Positions 1 to 11,600 of a stretch of 64,000 nucleotides of DNA are shown in pieces. Source of the DNA: Anaeramoeba ignava BMAN. Taxonomy: Eukaryota > Protista > Anaeramoebae. The notes under the pieces are model-generated. The model worked only from the letters and a program-made list of their open reading frames with translations, was not told the DNA's origin and ran no database searches. The position numbers and the translations under genes are program-made. Location: contig JAPDFW010000125.1 in the NCBI GenBank assembly GCA_028826165.1, positions 620,001-684,000 on the forward strand, in the 5' to 3' direction. Each line of letters opens with the position of its first letter. The stretch's first letter is position 1.

Positions 1-201
1 TATATGTAAAATATTTAAATAATAAAATATTTAAATCTAAAACATTAAATTATTATTTTAAACATAAAATTAAATATAAAATTATATTTTTAAATTAATT
101 TATAAATTAAATATTAAATTAAACTTATTCTTATTTTTTTTATTTCTCTGTTTTATAATGAAAAAGAAGAAAAAAATTGTGATAAATTTTTGTGATAAAT
201 T

Positions 202-3200
202 TTAGTCATGATATTCAACTTCTTTTTCTGATTGAAGTAAAAGACCAAGTTCTTTAAGGAATTCTTGAGGGAAATTATCATTCCAATTAACACCAATAAA
301 ATGAGGGCCATGAATTGGATCGTAAACAAAATAACCTTTTCCATGTTGATCGATAAGATAAAATCCTTGAATATATCTAATATATTTTGATGGATAAACT
401 GTTTCATGACATGTTAAAGGATCATGTGGACATGTTCCTTTTATTTCACTGAAAAATATTTTAGTTCGATAATTTAACCAAATATCAAATAATTTTCCAA
501 CTACTGCAAAATCTTTTGGTTCATTTGCTTTTGTATCAAATGCTTTTCTCATTTTTGGAACAACTTCAGACTTAATTTGATTTTTTTGAATTTAATTTTT
601 TTAAATTGATTTTTAAATTGATTTTTAAATTGAATTTTAAATTTGATTTTTAAATACATCATCAAACCACATTCTATTTAAAAAAAAATATCCAAAAATT
701 AAAAGGAATTGATTTAGAGTTAAAATTTTTAAATAATTTCAAAATTTTCCAAAAAAAAATTAATTACTCATGTGTTACAGTCTAAAAAAAATAATTAATC
801 AAATCATTAAAAAAGATCAAAATAAGAAATGTTATTAAAAATTAATTTACGTGTCCAACACAAAGAATTTTAATTCCAGAAGAAAAAACTTCAATTGCAG
901 CACCAATATCTTGTCTCACTTTAAATTTTGATTTTGATTTTGATTTTTGATTTTGATTTTGATTTTGATTTTGATTTTGATTTTGATTTTGATTTTGAAT
1001 TTGATTTTAATTTTGATTTTGAATTTAATTTTGATTTTAATTTTGAATTTGAATTTTCATTTTGATTTTAATTTTTATTTTAATTTTGATTTTGATTTTG
1101 AATTTGAATTTGATTTTTATTTTGATTTTAATTTTAATTTTAATTTTGATTTTGATTTTGTATTTTGATTTTGATTTTGATTTTGATTTTGAATTTGAAT
1201 TTGAATTTGAATTTGGATTTGATTTTGATTTTAATTTTAATTTTGATTTTGATTTTGATTTTGATTTTGATTTTTATTTTGAATTTGAATTTGAATTTAC
1301 CATTACTATTTCCAAAAATAAATTTTAAAGAAAGAAAGAAAGAAAGTTATTAATTTTAATTTAAATTTTAATTTAAATTTAAATTTTAATATAATTTAAA
1401 AAATACTGGCAAGAATGAGGACATTCATAAACTTTTCCAAATTTAAAAAAATCAGGAGCAGGAGTATCATGTTTTACTGCGCCCATTCCCATGAAAACTA
1501 TTCAAAATAATTAATTTAAATAAGAAGATCAAAAATAAATTCAAAATAAAACAAACCAATTCTTTCAATTAAATTTTTTTTTAAAATATCTGGACACATT
1601 CGAATTGCACGTGCAATATTTGTCATTCCTCCAATAGAAAGAATAGCTAACTTTCCAGGATATTTCTGAGCTTGTTCAACAATAAATTTAGCAGCTGCAA
1701 GTTGATCACCTTTTGATTTTGATTTTGATTTTGATTTTGATTTTTAATTTTGATTTTGATTTTGATTTTGATTTTAATTTTGATTTTGATTTTGATTTTG
1801 ATTTTGATTTTGATTTTGATTTTAGATTTTGATTTTGATTTTGATTTTAGATTTTGATTTTGTATTTTGATTTTGATTTTGATTTTAATTTTTAATTTTG
1901 ATTTTAATTTTCATTTTGATTTTGATTTTAATTTTGATTTTGAATTTGATTTTGATTTTGAATTTGATTTTGATTTTGATTTTGATTTTGATTTTGATTT
2001 TGATTTTGATTTTCATTTTGATTTTAATTTTGATTTTGATTTTGAATTTGAATTTGATTTTGATTTTGATTTTAATTTTAATTTTGATTTTAATTTTAAT
2101 TTTTGATTTTGATTTTGAATTTGATTTTAATTTTGATTTTGAATTTTAATTTTGAATTTGAATTTGATTTTTGATTTTCATTTTAAATTTAAATTTAATA
2201 ACAACCATTGTTATAATGAAATGAATAAGGATTTTGAATCAATTCTACAATTTCTTTCTCTTCAAGAACACCTTTGCCTTCATTATGAGTATGCCAAACA
2301 GAAGAAGAAATAAAAAGTGGATCTATATCACCAGCAAAAACAGGAATTTCATGATATTTATTCTTTCCTGTCATTTTTTTCCAATTTTCAACTTTTTTTT
2401 CAATTTTTGTTGAATTATCACTCTCAATTTTTTTTGAATTATCATTTTCATTTTTAATTTGATTTTGATTTTGATTTTGATTTTGATTTTGATTTTGATT
2501 TTGATTTTCATTTTGATTTTCATTTTGATTTTCATTTTCAATTTCATTTTCATTTTGATTTTGATTTTGATTTTGATTTTGATTTTGATTTTGATTTTGA
2601 TTTTCATTTTCATTTTCATCTTGATTTTGATTTTCATTTTGATTTTGATTTTCATTTTGATTTTCATTTTGATTTTGATTTTCATTTTGATTTTCATTTT
2701 GATTTTCATTATTATTTTTATTTGATATTTTTGGATCATTCATTTGGTTATATTCAAAATAAGTATCTTGATAAGCACAAATTATTTTCTCTGCTACTGC
2801 TGCTCTAACTCCAACATGTCCATATTCGGTTGTTACTCCAAGTAAATTAACATCTTTTTGAGGTAAATGTAAACAAAGTAACAAAGCTAATTATGAATTT
2901 GAATTTAATTTTCATTTTAATTTTATAAATGATTTTGATTTTATAAATGAATTTCATTTTGATTTTGAATTTGATTTTGATTTTAATTTTGATTTTGATT
3001 TTGATTTTGATTTTGATTTTGATTTTGATTTTGATTTTGATTTTCATTTTAATTTTCATTTTGATTTTGATTTTGATTTTGATTTTAATTTTGAATTTGA
3101 TTTTGATTTTGATTTTGATTTTGATTTTCATTTTGAATTTGATTTTAATTTTGATTTTGATTTTGATTTTGATTTTCATTTTGAATTTGAATTTTCATTT

Positions 3201-3608
3201 TAATTTTATAAATGATTTTAATTTTGATTTTGATTTTAATTTTAATTTTAATTTTGATTTTAAATTTCATTTTAATTTTATAAATGATTTTGATTTTATA
3301 AATGATTTTAAATTTAAATGAAATTTCAAAAAATAAATACCAAGAGCATCATCAATATCAGATGAAATATCAGTATCAAAAATAAGAGGAACAGGTCTTT
3401 CTGGAATTTTAGGAGCATTTGTATGATTATTTTTTAATTCATTCTTTTCTTTTTGATTTTCAATAATTTCTTGAGCTTTTTTAGAAAAATTTAAAGCTTC
3501 TTTAAGTCTTGATTTAATTTTGGGAACAAGATTTTTTTCAAACTCTTCAATATTTCCATTTTGCATATCAAAATCAACTTTAATTTGTTTTGTTTGTGAA
3601 TTACCCAT
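202..3608 (-). CDS. Inosine/uridine-preferring nucleoside hydrolase family protein (554 aa, 9 exons)
   Basis: Exons 3608-3341, 2886-2206, 1709-1557, 1497-1407, 1305-1301, 918-851, 781-768, 673-658, 570-202 (all GT-AG, total 1665 nt). Motifs DTDISSDIDD (DxDxxxDD), LLGVTT, IPVFAG, IGGMTNIA, NVRQD..AA..VF, HDPLT. Confidence 0.9.
925..1297. repeat. Intronic (TTTTGA)n-type hexamer microsatellite (similar tracts at 1712-2190 and 2890-3330)
   Basis: Direct inspection; these lie in introns of the nucleoside hydrolase. Confidence 0.95.
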
Positions 3609-3706
3609 TTATTTTTTGTTTTTGAAAAATTGAAAAAAAATGAAAAGAAAAAATTTGATTGAAAAAAAAAAGTTTTTTTTTTGGAGTTTTGTAAATTAAA
3701 TGAGAA

Positions 3707-4960
3707 TCAATTGACAATTTCAGGAATTGCTGAAAATTGGTAATTAAAAAAGGATTTTGATGTTTCAGGTAAATTTTTTTGTTCAAATGAAAATTCTTTT
3801 TGTTTTCCATCTTTAAAAAAAGAAAAAATTGAAATAACTAAATTCTTTAAAACAACTGAACTAAATCTAACCATAGCATTGCCTTTTCTTGTTGAAAATA
3901 ATACATCTTTTGGAGCACTCTCTGAAATTGCCAAATCAATATTTGTGATCTTTTCTTGAATGGCTGTCATTTCATTCAAAATTATTTTGACAGTTTTTTG
4001 GTTCAATTGAAGAAAAGCAAATTCTTGAATTAAGTTTGTTTTCAGAACTAAACAAGCTATATTCATTTCTGATTGGGAAATGATTTGTTTTTTTAGATAT
4101 TCAAATGAATCCTTGTTGATATTTGGGTCATAGAAGAAAAAACGAGAAAAATACTCCTTTTCTTCATTTCTTTCTTTTACGCTTTCTAAATATTTCAATA
4201 GAAAATAGTGAACTACTTCAATAAATAGTTGAATTGATTTTTCATCTGGAAATTCAAACAAAGATTGTCTCATTTGTGAGTTGCTGAAAAAAGAAATGAG
4301 GAGTTGGTGCGGATGATTTTTACTGACAAAAAATTGGTATTCATGAAGACGAAGATCGAAAAATTCAATATCTTCATCCAAATCAAAAATTCCCATTTTT
4401 TCGTGATTCAATCTAATTTGGATTTTTTTCTTTTTTGTTGCATGAACACAATTGAAGTTGACTTTTCCTTTTTTATAATTGTTTTCGACAATTTCTTTGT
4501 TTTGATATTCTCTGTTGTTTTCGTTTATGAAAGTGAATATCGACAAACAAAACTCTTCAGGAAAAGTTGATTTTTGAATTTCTGGTTTTTTTGGTTCTTC
4601 TTTTTTATAAAAAGTAGATAAATGAGAAAATTCTGATTCCAAATATTTCCATTGATCAAATGAGATTGCAGTAATAAATAAGTCTTGATTTAATTGAGAT
4701 ATTTCAAAGTTAGAAAATATTTGAACTTTTGCAGGTTTTGGTTTAATTTCTTTATAAATTGATTCGTTTTCATTTATATTTTCATCTTCACTTGAATCTT
4801 CAATTAAATTTTCATTTTCACTTTCATTTGAATCTTCAATTAAATTTATATTTTTATTATTTTGTTCTTCTTGTAAATTATTTTCTTTTAAACTTTCTTG
4901 ATGATTTGTATTATTTTCAACTGATGAAGAAGTTGTTTCTGTTTCTTTTTGTTTTTCCAT
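3707..4960 (-). CDS. Hypothetical protein (417 aa) with acidic N-terminus and possible tandem PH-like folds
   Basis: Long intronless ORF with complex composition. The fold is only a guess from strand/helix patterning. Confidence 0.6.
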   Translation of the reverse strand: MEKQKETETTSSSVENNTNHQESLKENNLQEEQNNKNINLIEDSNESENENLIEDSSEDENINENESIYKEIKPKPAKVQIFSNFEISQLNQDLFITAISFDQWKYLESEFSHLSTFYKKEEPKKPEIQKSTFPEEFCLSIFTFINENNREYQNKEIVENNYKKGKVNFNCVHATKKKKIQIRLNHEKMGIFDLDEDIEFFDLRLHEYQFFVSKNHPHQLLISFFSNSQMRQSLFEFPDEKSIQLFIEVVHYFLLKYLESVKERNEEKEYFSRFFFYDPNINKDSFEYLKKQIISQSEMNIACLVLKTNLIQEFAFLQLNQKTVKIILNEMTAIQEKITNIDLAISESAPKDVLFSTRKGNAMVRFSSVVLKNLVISIFSFFKDGKQKEFSFEQKNLPETSKSFFNYQFSAIPEIVN

Positions 4961-5188
4961 TATTAAAAAAAAAAAAAAAGGAAAATGAATTTAAAAAATT
5001 TTGAATTTTTTTTTTTATAAAGAAAGAAAAAAATTAAAATTTTTTATTTTTAACTTTTTTGGAATGATTTGTTTTTAGTTTTAAATTAAGAATAAATTGA
5101 CTTCGTTTTTTTTATTAAAATTGAAAATTAAAAGTAAAAAATTAAATTGAAAAAAAAAGAAGATTAAATTTTGTTTTTGTTTTTGTTT

Positions 5189-8100
5189 TTAAAATTTTAA
5201 ATCTTTTCCTTTTTTTTTTCTTATTAAATCAATTGTAAGATGAATTTCAATTTCTTCTTTTTTTTCTTGATTTGTTTTTCCTCTTCTATTTGTATTATTT
5301 TCCTTAATAATTATTATTTTTTTTGATGTAAATTTGAAAATGTCTTCATTATTCAAAAGTTCTTTAACATTTTGCAAATAATCATTTTCATAATCATTTC
5401 TGAGATAAAATTCAATTAGTTTTTGTGTTTTATGACTTGTGATTAATTTCAATCCTCTTATGCAAAATTGTTCAAAAATTTTGATAAATTTCCATAAATA
5501 AAATCGACTAAAATTTCCAAAAATTTGTTCTGAAGTTGAGAAAAATTTTTCTTTAGAAATGGATTTTTGAAATAATTGTTCAATATTTTGCATAAATTTG
5601 CTGAATTTCTTATTACTTAATTCTTTTTTGATTTCCATTATTTGAGAATATAATAAATGATAAAATATTAAGAATTGATAAAAACGATTTTCACCATAAA
5701 AAATATTTATATTTGGATCATTTTTCTTTTTGTTTTTGTTTTTGTTTTCATTTTGATTTTCAGTTTCATTTTTGATTACTAATTTAATATGAGATGAAAG
5801 ATCTAAATTAAACATTTCATTTTCTAAATAAGAATAAAGAAAAGAAAAGAAGAATTATTAATTAATTTTTTTTAGAAGTTTTAAATAAAAATGAGATTAT
5901 TTTTTTTTCTTTCTTTAATTTACCATTTAAATTTTGATTTTGATTTTGATTTTGATTTTGATTTTCAATTTGATTTTGATTTTGATTTTGATTTTGATTT
6001 TGATTTTGATTTTGATTTTGATTTTGATTTGAATCTGATTCTGTATCCATTTCTGAATCTGTATTTTGATCTGATTCATTATCATTTTTTTCAGAAGAAT
6101 TCTCTTTATTTACTTTTTGATATTTAAATAAAAAGAAGAACAAAAAATTTTCAAAAAGATTTTGTAATTCTCGGAATTTAGGTTTAAATGATTCATTATC
6201 TAATCCAATATCATTTTCATTTTCATTTTCATTTTCAATTTCAATTACATTCTCATTTTCATTTTCTTCATTTTCATTTTCATTTTTGTTTTCGTTCTCA
6301 TTTTTGTTTTCATTTTCATTTTCATTTTCATTTTCGTTTTCGTTTTTGTTTTCGTTCTCGTTTTTGTTATTATTATTGTTATTTTCTTCTTGATTATTTT
6401 TTCGAGAATCATTGAAAAATTTCCCATAAAGATAATAATAAAATGGAGTTAAATGTTCTTTAATCGATTGTGGATTTTTTTTGTTGCTTAAAATATCTTT
6501 GATTTGAGTAAAATTCTTTTCAATATTTTTGAGTAACAAACTTATTTGTTCAAAAATTGATAAATCATGATAAATATGATTTATAGATGAATTTTTGAGA
6601 TTAATTTTCGATAAAGTATCTAAAAAAATGAATTTAAATTTTGAATTTAAATTTTAAATTTAAATTTTAATTTTAAATTGAATTTTTACTTCGTTCATTG
6701 TAATATTCTTCACAAAACGAATAAAAAGAAAAGCTATAAAAATCATTCCATTCTCTAAAGTTTTTCTCGATATTTCTGTTCCATTCATTTCTTAAATTCT
6801 CATATATTTTAGTTAATTGTTCAAAATTATCAACAACACGATGGAAAATAAAAGGAAGATATAATAAAGGATCTTTTTTCATAAGACCAATATAATGTTC
6901 AGTTTGTTCAAAAAAAGATGATTGAATAACTTGATAATTCTGTTTTTTTAAAACAATTTTGCTTATTCTTTTTTGAATATCCAAAATTTGATTTTCTTCA
7001 TTTTGATTTTCTTGATTTTTGATTTTTGGATGCTTTCAATAATTTTCAACACTTCTAACATATTAGTAACAAATCTTGAATGAAATTGAAGTAAATTTTT
7101 CAATCTTTCAATTTTGAATTTTAAATTATGATTAAAAGATTCATTGAAATCTTTATCAATCAACCAATCCTTATTGTCGATTTTTAGTTCATCTTTTCCA
7201 AACGGTTGAATTTGAATTGAATTAGGATTTGGTTTAATAACTTCATAAGCAAATTCTTCTTTAGTTATCAAAGGATCTTCAAGTATTTGTGAATTAAGTT
7301 TTTGTTTTATTTGCTTTTCATTGATTTTACTAACTACTCTTTTTGGTTGTTGAGTTTTCGGTGTTCTTGAAGGACGAGATAAAGGTCCCGCACCTCTTCC
7401 TCTTGGAGGTCTTCCTCTGGGTGTTTGTGTATTAGTAGTGTTGCTTGAATTCACTTTTTTTGGAGTTGCTTTTTTAGTTCGAGGTCTTTTTGGATTTGGA
7501 TGAGTTGGTGATTCCTCGTTTTGTTTTTGTGTATTTGATAAACCTCCTCTTTCTTGTTTGTTTTCTTCTTCTTTCTTGAGTTGTTTTTTGTTGTTAGAAT
7601 CCTCTGTTTGCATCTCTTTCCATTTATCTGTTTGAATGGTAATTAAAGAATCAATCATATCTAATAAAGTTCTATTTTCTTGGAAAATTTCAAACATTTC
7701 TTTTCTAAATGAATATTCAGGAATTTTATTGTTTTGAAATTGGTCTAATAAAAGCTCAAATGAATTTAAGGATTTTTTGTCATTTTGAAGTGAGTTTTTT
7801 AAATTTGTGATTAATTCTTTTTCGTTTTGATTTGATGGATTTAATTCTTTATTAATTTCTTTTTCTACAATTTTTTCAAATTTTTCAATTAAATTTTTAT
7901 CTTGTTGAAAAAGTTCTTTTCCTTTAAAAAGAAATGATTCAATGTTTAATTGGTTATTTTGATATTTTTGCATAAGTCCATTAAATTTTGAAATTATTTT
8001 TGGATTTTTAATTTGTTGTTGATTTAATTCAAGTAAAAATTCTTGAGGAATTTGAATTAGATTTGGATTTTTATTTCTAATTTAATAAAAAGAAAAAGAA

Positions 8101-8287
8101 AAAAGAAAACGTTAAAAAAAGTTTAATTTAAAAATTTAAATTTTTTTTAATCAATAAATTATTAAATTAATCAATAAATTGTTTTTATTTTTGTGTTTTG
8201 GAATTTATTATAAAAAAAAAAGGAAGAAAATATAAATATAAATAAATAAACAAACTTGATTGAATTATTGCTTTGCTTATCATTCAT
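5189..8287 (-). CDS. SIN3: Divergent Sin3-like corepressor (PAH, HID-like and Sin3_C regions); needs a frameshift near 7010-7030
   Basis: Exons 8287-8256, 8076-6690, 6619-5924, 5823-5189. PAH-like KFNGLMQKYQ..KELFQQDKNLIEKF; HID-like GLMKKDPLLYLPFIFHRV..EWNRNIEKNF; C-terminal IFYGENRFYQFLIFYHLLYSQI. The exon sum of 2750 is not a multiple of 3. Confidence 0.7.
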
Positions 8288-8630
8288 TTTGCTTTTGTTT
8301 TTTGTTTTTTTTTTGTTTTTTGTTAATTTAAATTAATTTAATTAATAAAAAAAAAAAAAAAGAAGAAAAAAAATTTTTATTAAAAAGAAGGGAGAAAAAA
8401 ATGAAAAAAAAATTAAATTTTTCCACTTTTTAATTTAAAAAAGGAGAAATTTTTTAAAAAGTTTATTATTTTGATTCTATTTTAATATTTAAGTTTATTT
8501 TATAATAAGAGTTTTATCAAATAAGTTTTTAAAATTAATATTTTACTTTAAAATAAATTATAAAAAAATTTTTTTAATTAAAATAAATAATCATTTTTTC
8601 TTTTCTTTTCTTCTTTCTTTTCCTAATAAA

Positions 8631-11600
8631 ATGTCAATAAAAGTTGATCCTAAACATCTTGATTCAACTGGAAAAACAGATTTTCAAATCAGATTACATC
8701 TTATTGAATGTAGAGAACTTAAGGGAAAGTAAATAAATTAAAATTTTTTTTTTCTTAATATTTAAAAGCAAAAAATAATTTAATTTAATTTAAATTAAAA
8801 AATTTTTTTTTGCTTTTAAATTCCCTAATAAAAAGATTTCCGAATTAAATATAAAATTAAACACAAAATTAAACACAAAATTCAATATCAAATTCAATAT
8901 AAAATTAAATATAAAATTAAATATAAAATTAAATATCAAATTCAATATCAAATTAAATATCAAATTAAATATCTAATATTTATATTATTAAATTCAATTA
9001 AATATTTAATATTTATATTATTAAATTTAATTAAATATTTAATATTTATATTATTAAATTAAATTAAATATTTAATATTTATATTATTAAATTCAAATTA
9101 AATATTTAAAATTAAATATTAAAAAATTTAAATATAATTAAATATTTATATTTATATTATTAAATTTAATTAAATATTTAATATTTATATTATTAAATAT
9201 CAAATTAAATATTTAATATTTATATTATTAAATATCAAATTAAATATTTAATATTTATATTATTAAATATCAAATTAAATATTTAATATTTATATTATTA
9301 AATATCAAATTAAATATTTAATATTTATATTATTAAATATCAAATTAAATATTTAATATTTATATTATCAAATATCAAATTAAATATTTAATATTTATAT
9401 TATTAAATTTAATTAAATATTTAATATTTATATTATTAAATTTAATTAAATATTTAATATTTATATTATTAAATTTAATTAAATACTTAATATTTATATT
9501 ATTAAATATCAAATTAAACACAAAATTAAATATTTAATATTTATATTATTAAATATCAAATTAAACACAAATTAAATATTTAATATTTATATTATTAAAT
9601 TTAATTAAATATTTAATATTTATATTATTAAATTTAATTAAATATTTAATATTTATATTATTAAATATCAAATTAAATATTTAATATTTATATTATTAAA
9701 TTTATTTAAATATCTTAGAGGTTCAAATGCACTTAGTGATCCAGTAGGAGTTGTTTCTGTAGATGGAAAAAAACAAACTACAGAAGTTTTTAAAAATACA
9801 TTATCTTGTACTTTTGATCATTTAATGTTTTTTGAAAACAAATGGAAACCAGAAGAAACACAATCTAAAACAGTTTTGATACAAATTTATGATTCTAACA
9901 CAATTCGAAGAAATGTTTTAATTGTAAAATATTATTCAAATCAAAAATATTCCAAATAAAAATAATTATAAATATAAATATAAATATAAATATAAATATA
10001 AATATAAATATAAATATAAATATAAATATAAATATAAATATAAATATAAATATAAATATAAATATAAATATAAAATATAATATAAAATATAAAATATAAA
10101 TATAAATATAAATATAAATATAAATATAAATATAAATATAAATATAAATATAAATATAAATATAAATATAAATATAAATATAAATATAAATATAAATATA
10201 AATATAAATATAAATATAAATATAAATATAAATATAAATATTTAAAATATAAAATATAAAAAAATAAAAATATAAATAAAATATAAAATATAATATAAAA
10301 TATAAATATAAATATATTTAAAATATAAATATAAATATTTAAAATATAAATATAAATATTTAAAATATAAATATAAATATTTAAAATATAAATATAAATA
10401 TAAATATAATTATAAATATAAATAAATATAATTTAAAAATATAAATATAAATATAAATATAATTATAAATATAAATATAAATATAAATATAAATATAAAT
10501 ATAAATATAAATATAAAAATATAAATATAAATATAAATATAAATATAAATATAAATAATATAAATATAAATATCAATATAAATATAAATATTCATAAATA
10601 TTTAAATTAAAATGTCAAAAATTAGGGACAATACGGTCTCGATATCCCATTTGTTCACGGAGAAAAAGGTCATGAAATCTGGCATCGTTGGGCAATTATA
10701 ATCAATCCAGAAAAAGAAACCGGAGCACAAGGATTCATTAAATTTTCATGCACAGTTTTAGGACCAGGAGACGAATCACCAACTCACGAAAACGATGATC
10801 TTGATGATGATGCCGAAAAAGAAGAGCCAGATAAACCTCAAGATCTACAATCACTGATTCTGCGCCCACCACAACTTGATATTGTAGGATATCAACTGAG
10901 TATATTTTGTTACCGCGCTGAAGATTTACCTAAAATGGATACTTTTGGAAAAGTTGATCCTTTTATCGAAGCTCATTTCGGTGGAAATAAATTATTAAGA
11001 ACAAAAGTTAAGAAGAAGACCTTCACACCTGTTTGGAACGAGGAATTGCGTCTTCCAGCTTATGTGCCAAGCCTGTCAAACTCAATTGAGATCAAGTTAT
11101 TTGATTGGGAAAGATCATCCAAAAATAACGATCTTATTTCAAGTACTTACTTCAGATTTTCTGACGTGCAAATGCAAACCGTCTCACCAAGATGGGTTAA
11201 CTTCTATGGACCACCAAAAGGCAATGTGAGAACAATGTTCAAAAAAGGTCATACTGAGGAAACAGAGTATAAAGGAAGAGCGTTACTTGCGCTCCAAGCA
11301 TCTCCTTATGAAAACCCTGTTTTGGAAGCTACTCCTGTTAATTCTTGCAAAGAACCTCAAGTCGAGAAATATGTGATTCGGTTTGATTTATTCGAGGGTA
11401 ATGAATTCAATACAAACGCGTTGGAAAATTGTTTTGTCGAACTTTCTATCGGAAAAAATTTGATCAGAAGTAAAACACTTTCCACAAAAAAAGGAACTGT
11501 CAGTTGGTATGAACAGTTAAAGGATTTTGTTGTTGAATTCCCAGCAGATATAACACAGATTCCGGATTTGTTCATTAATGTATATTTCAAAAACAAAATG

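Noticed and set aside
947-3321. ORFs of ILILIL, FDFDFD or KIKIKI (also 10410, 25536-26150, 29492, 34562, 36261, 38682, 39568-40330, 44843, 49283, 49754, 58977)
   Set aside because: Stop-free frames of hexamer or 15-mer microsatellites in introns, or alternative frames of N/Q/E tracts.
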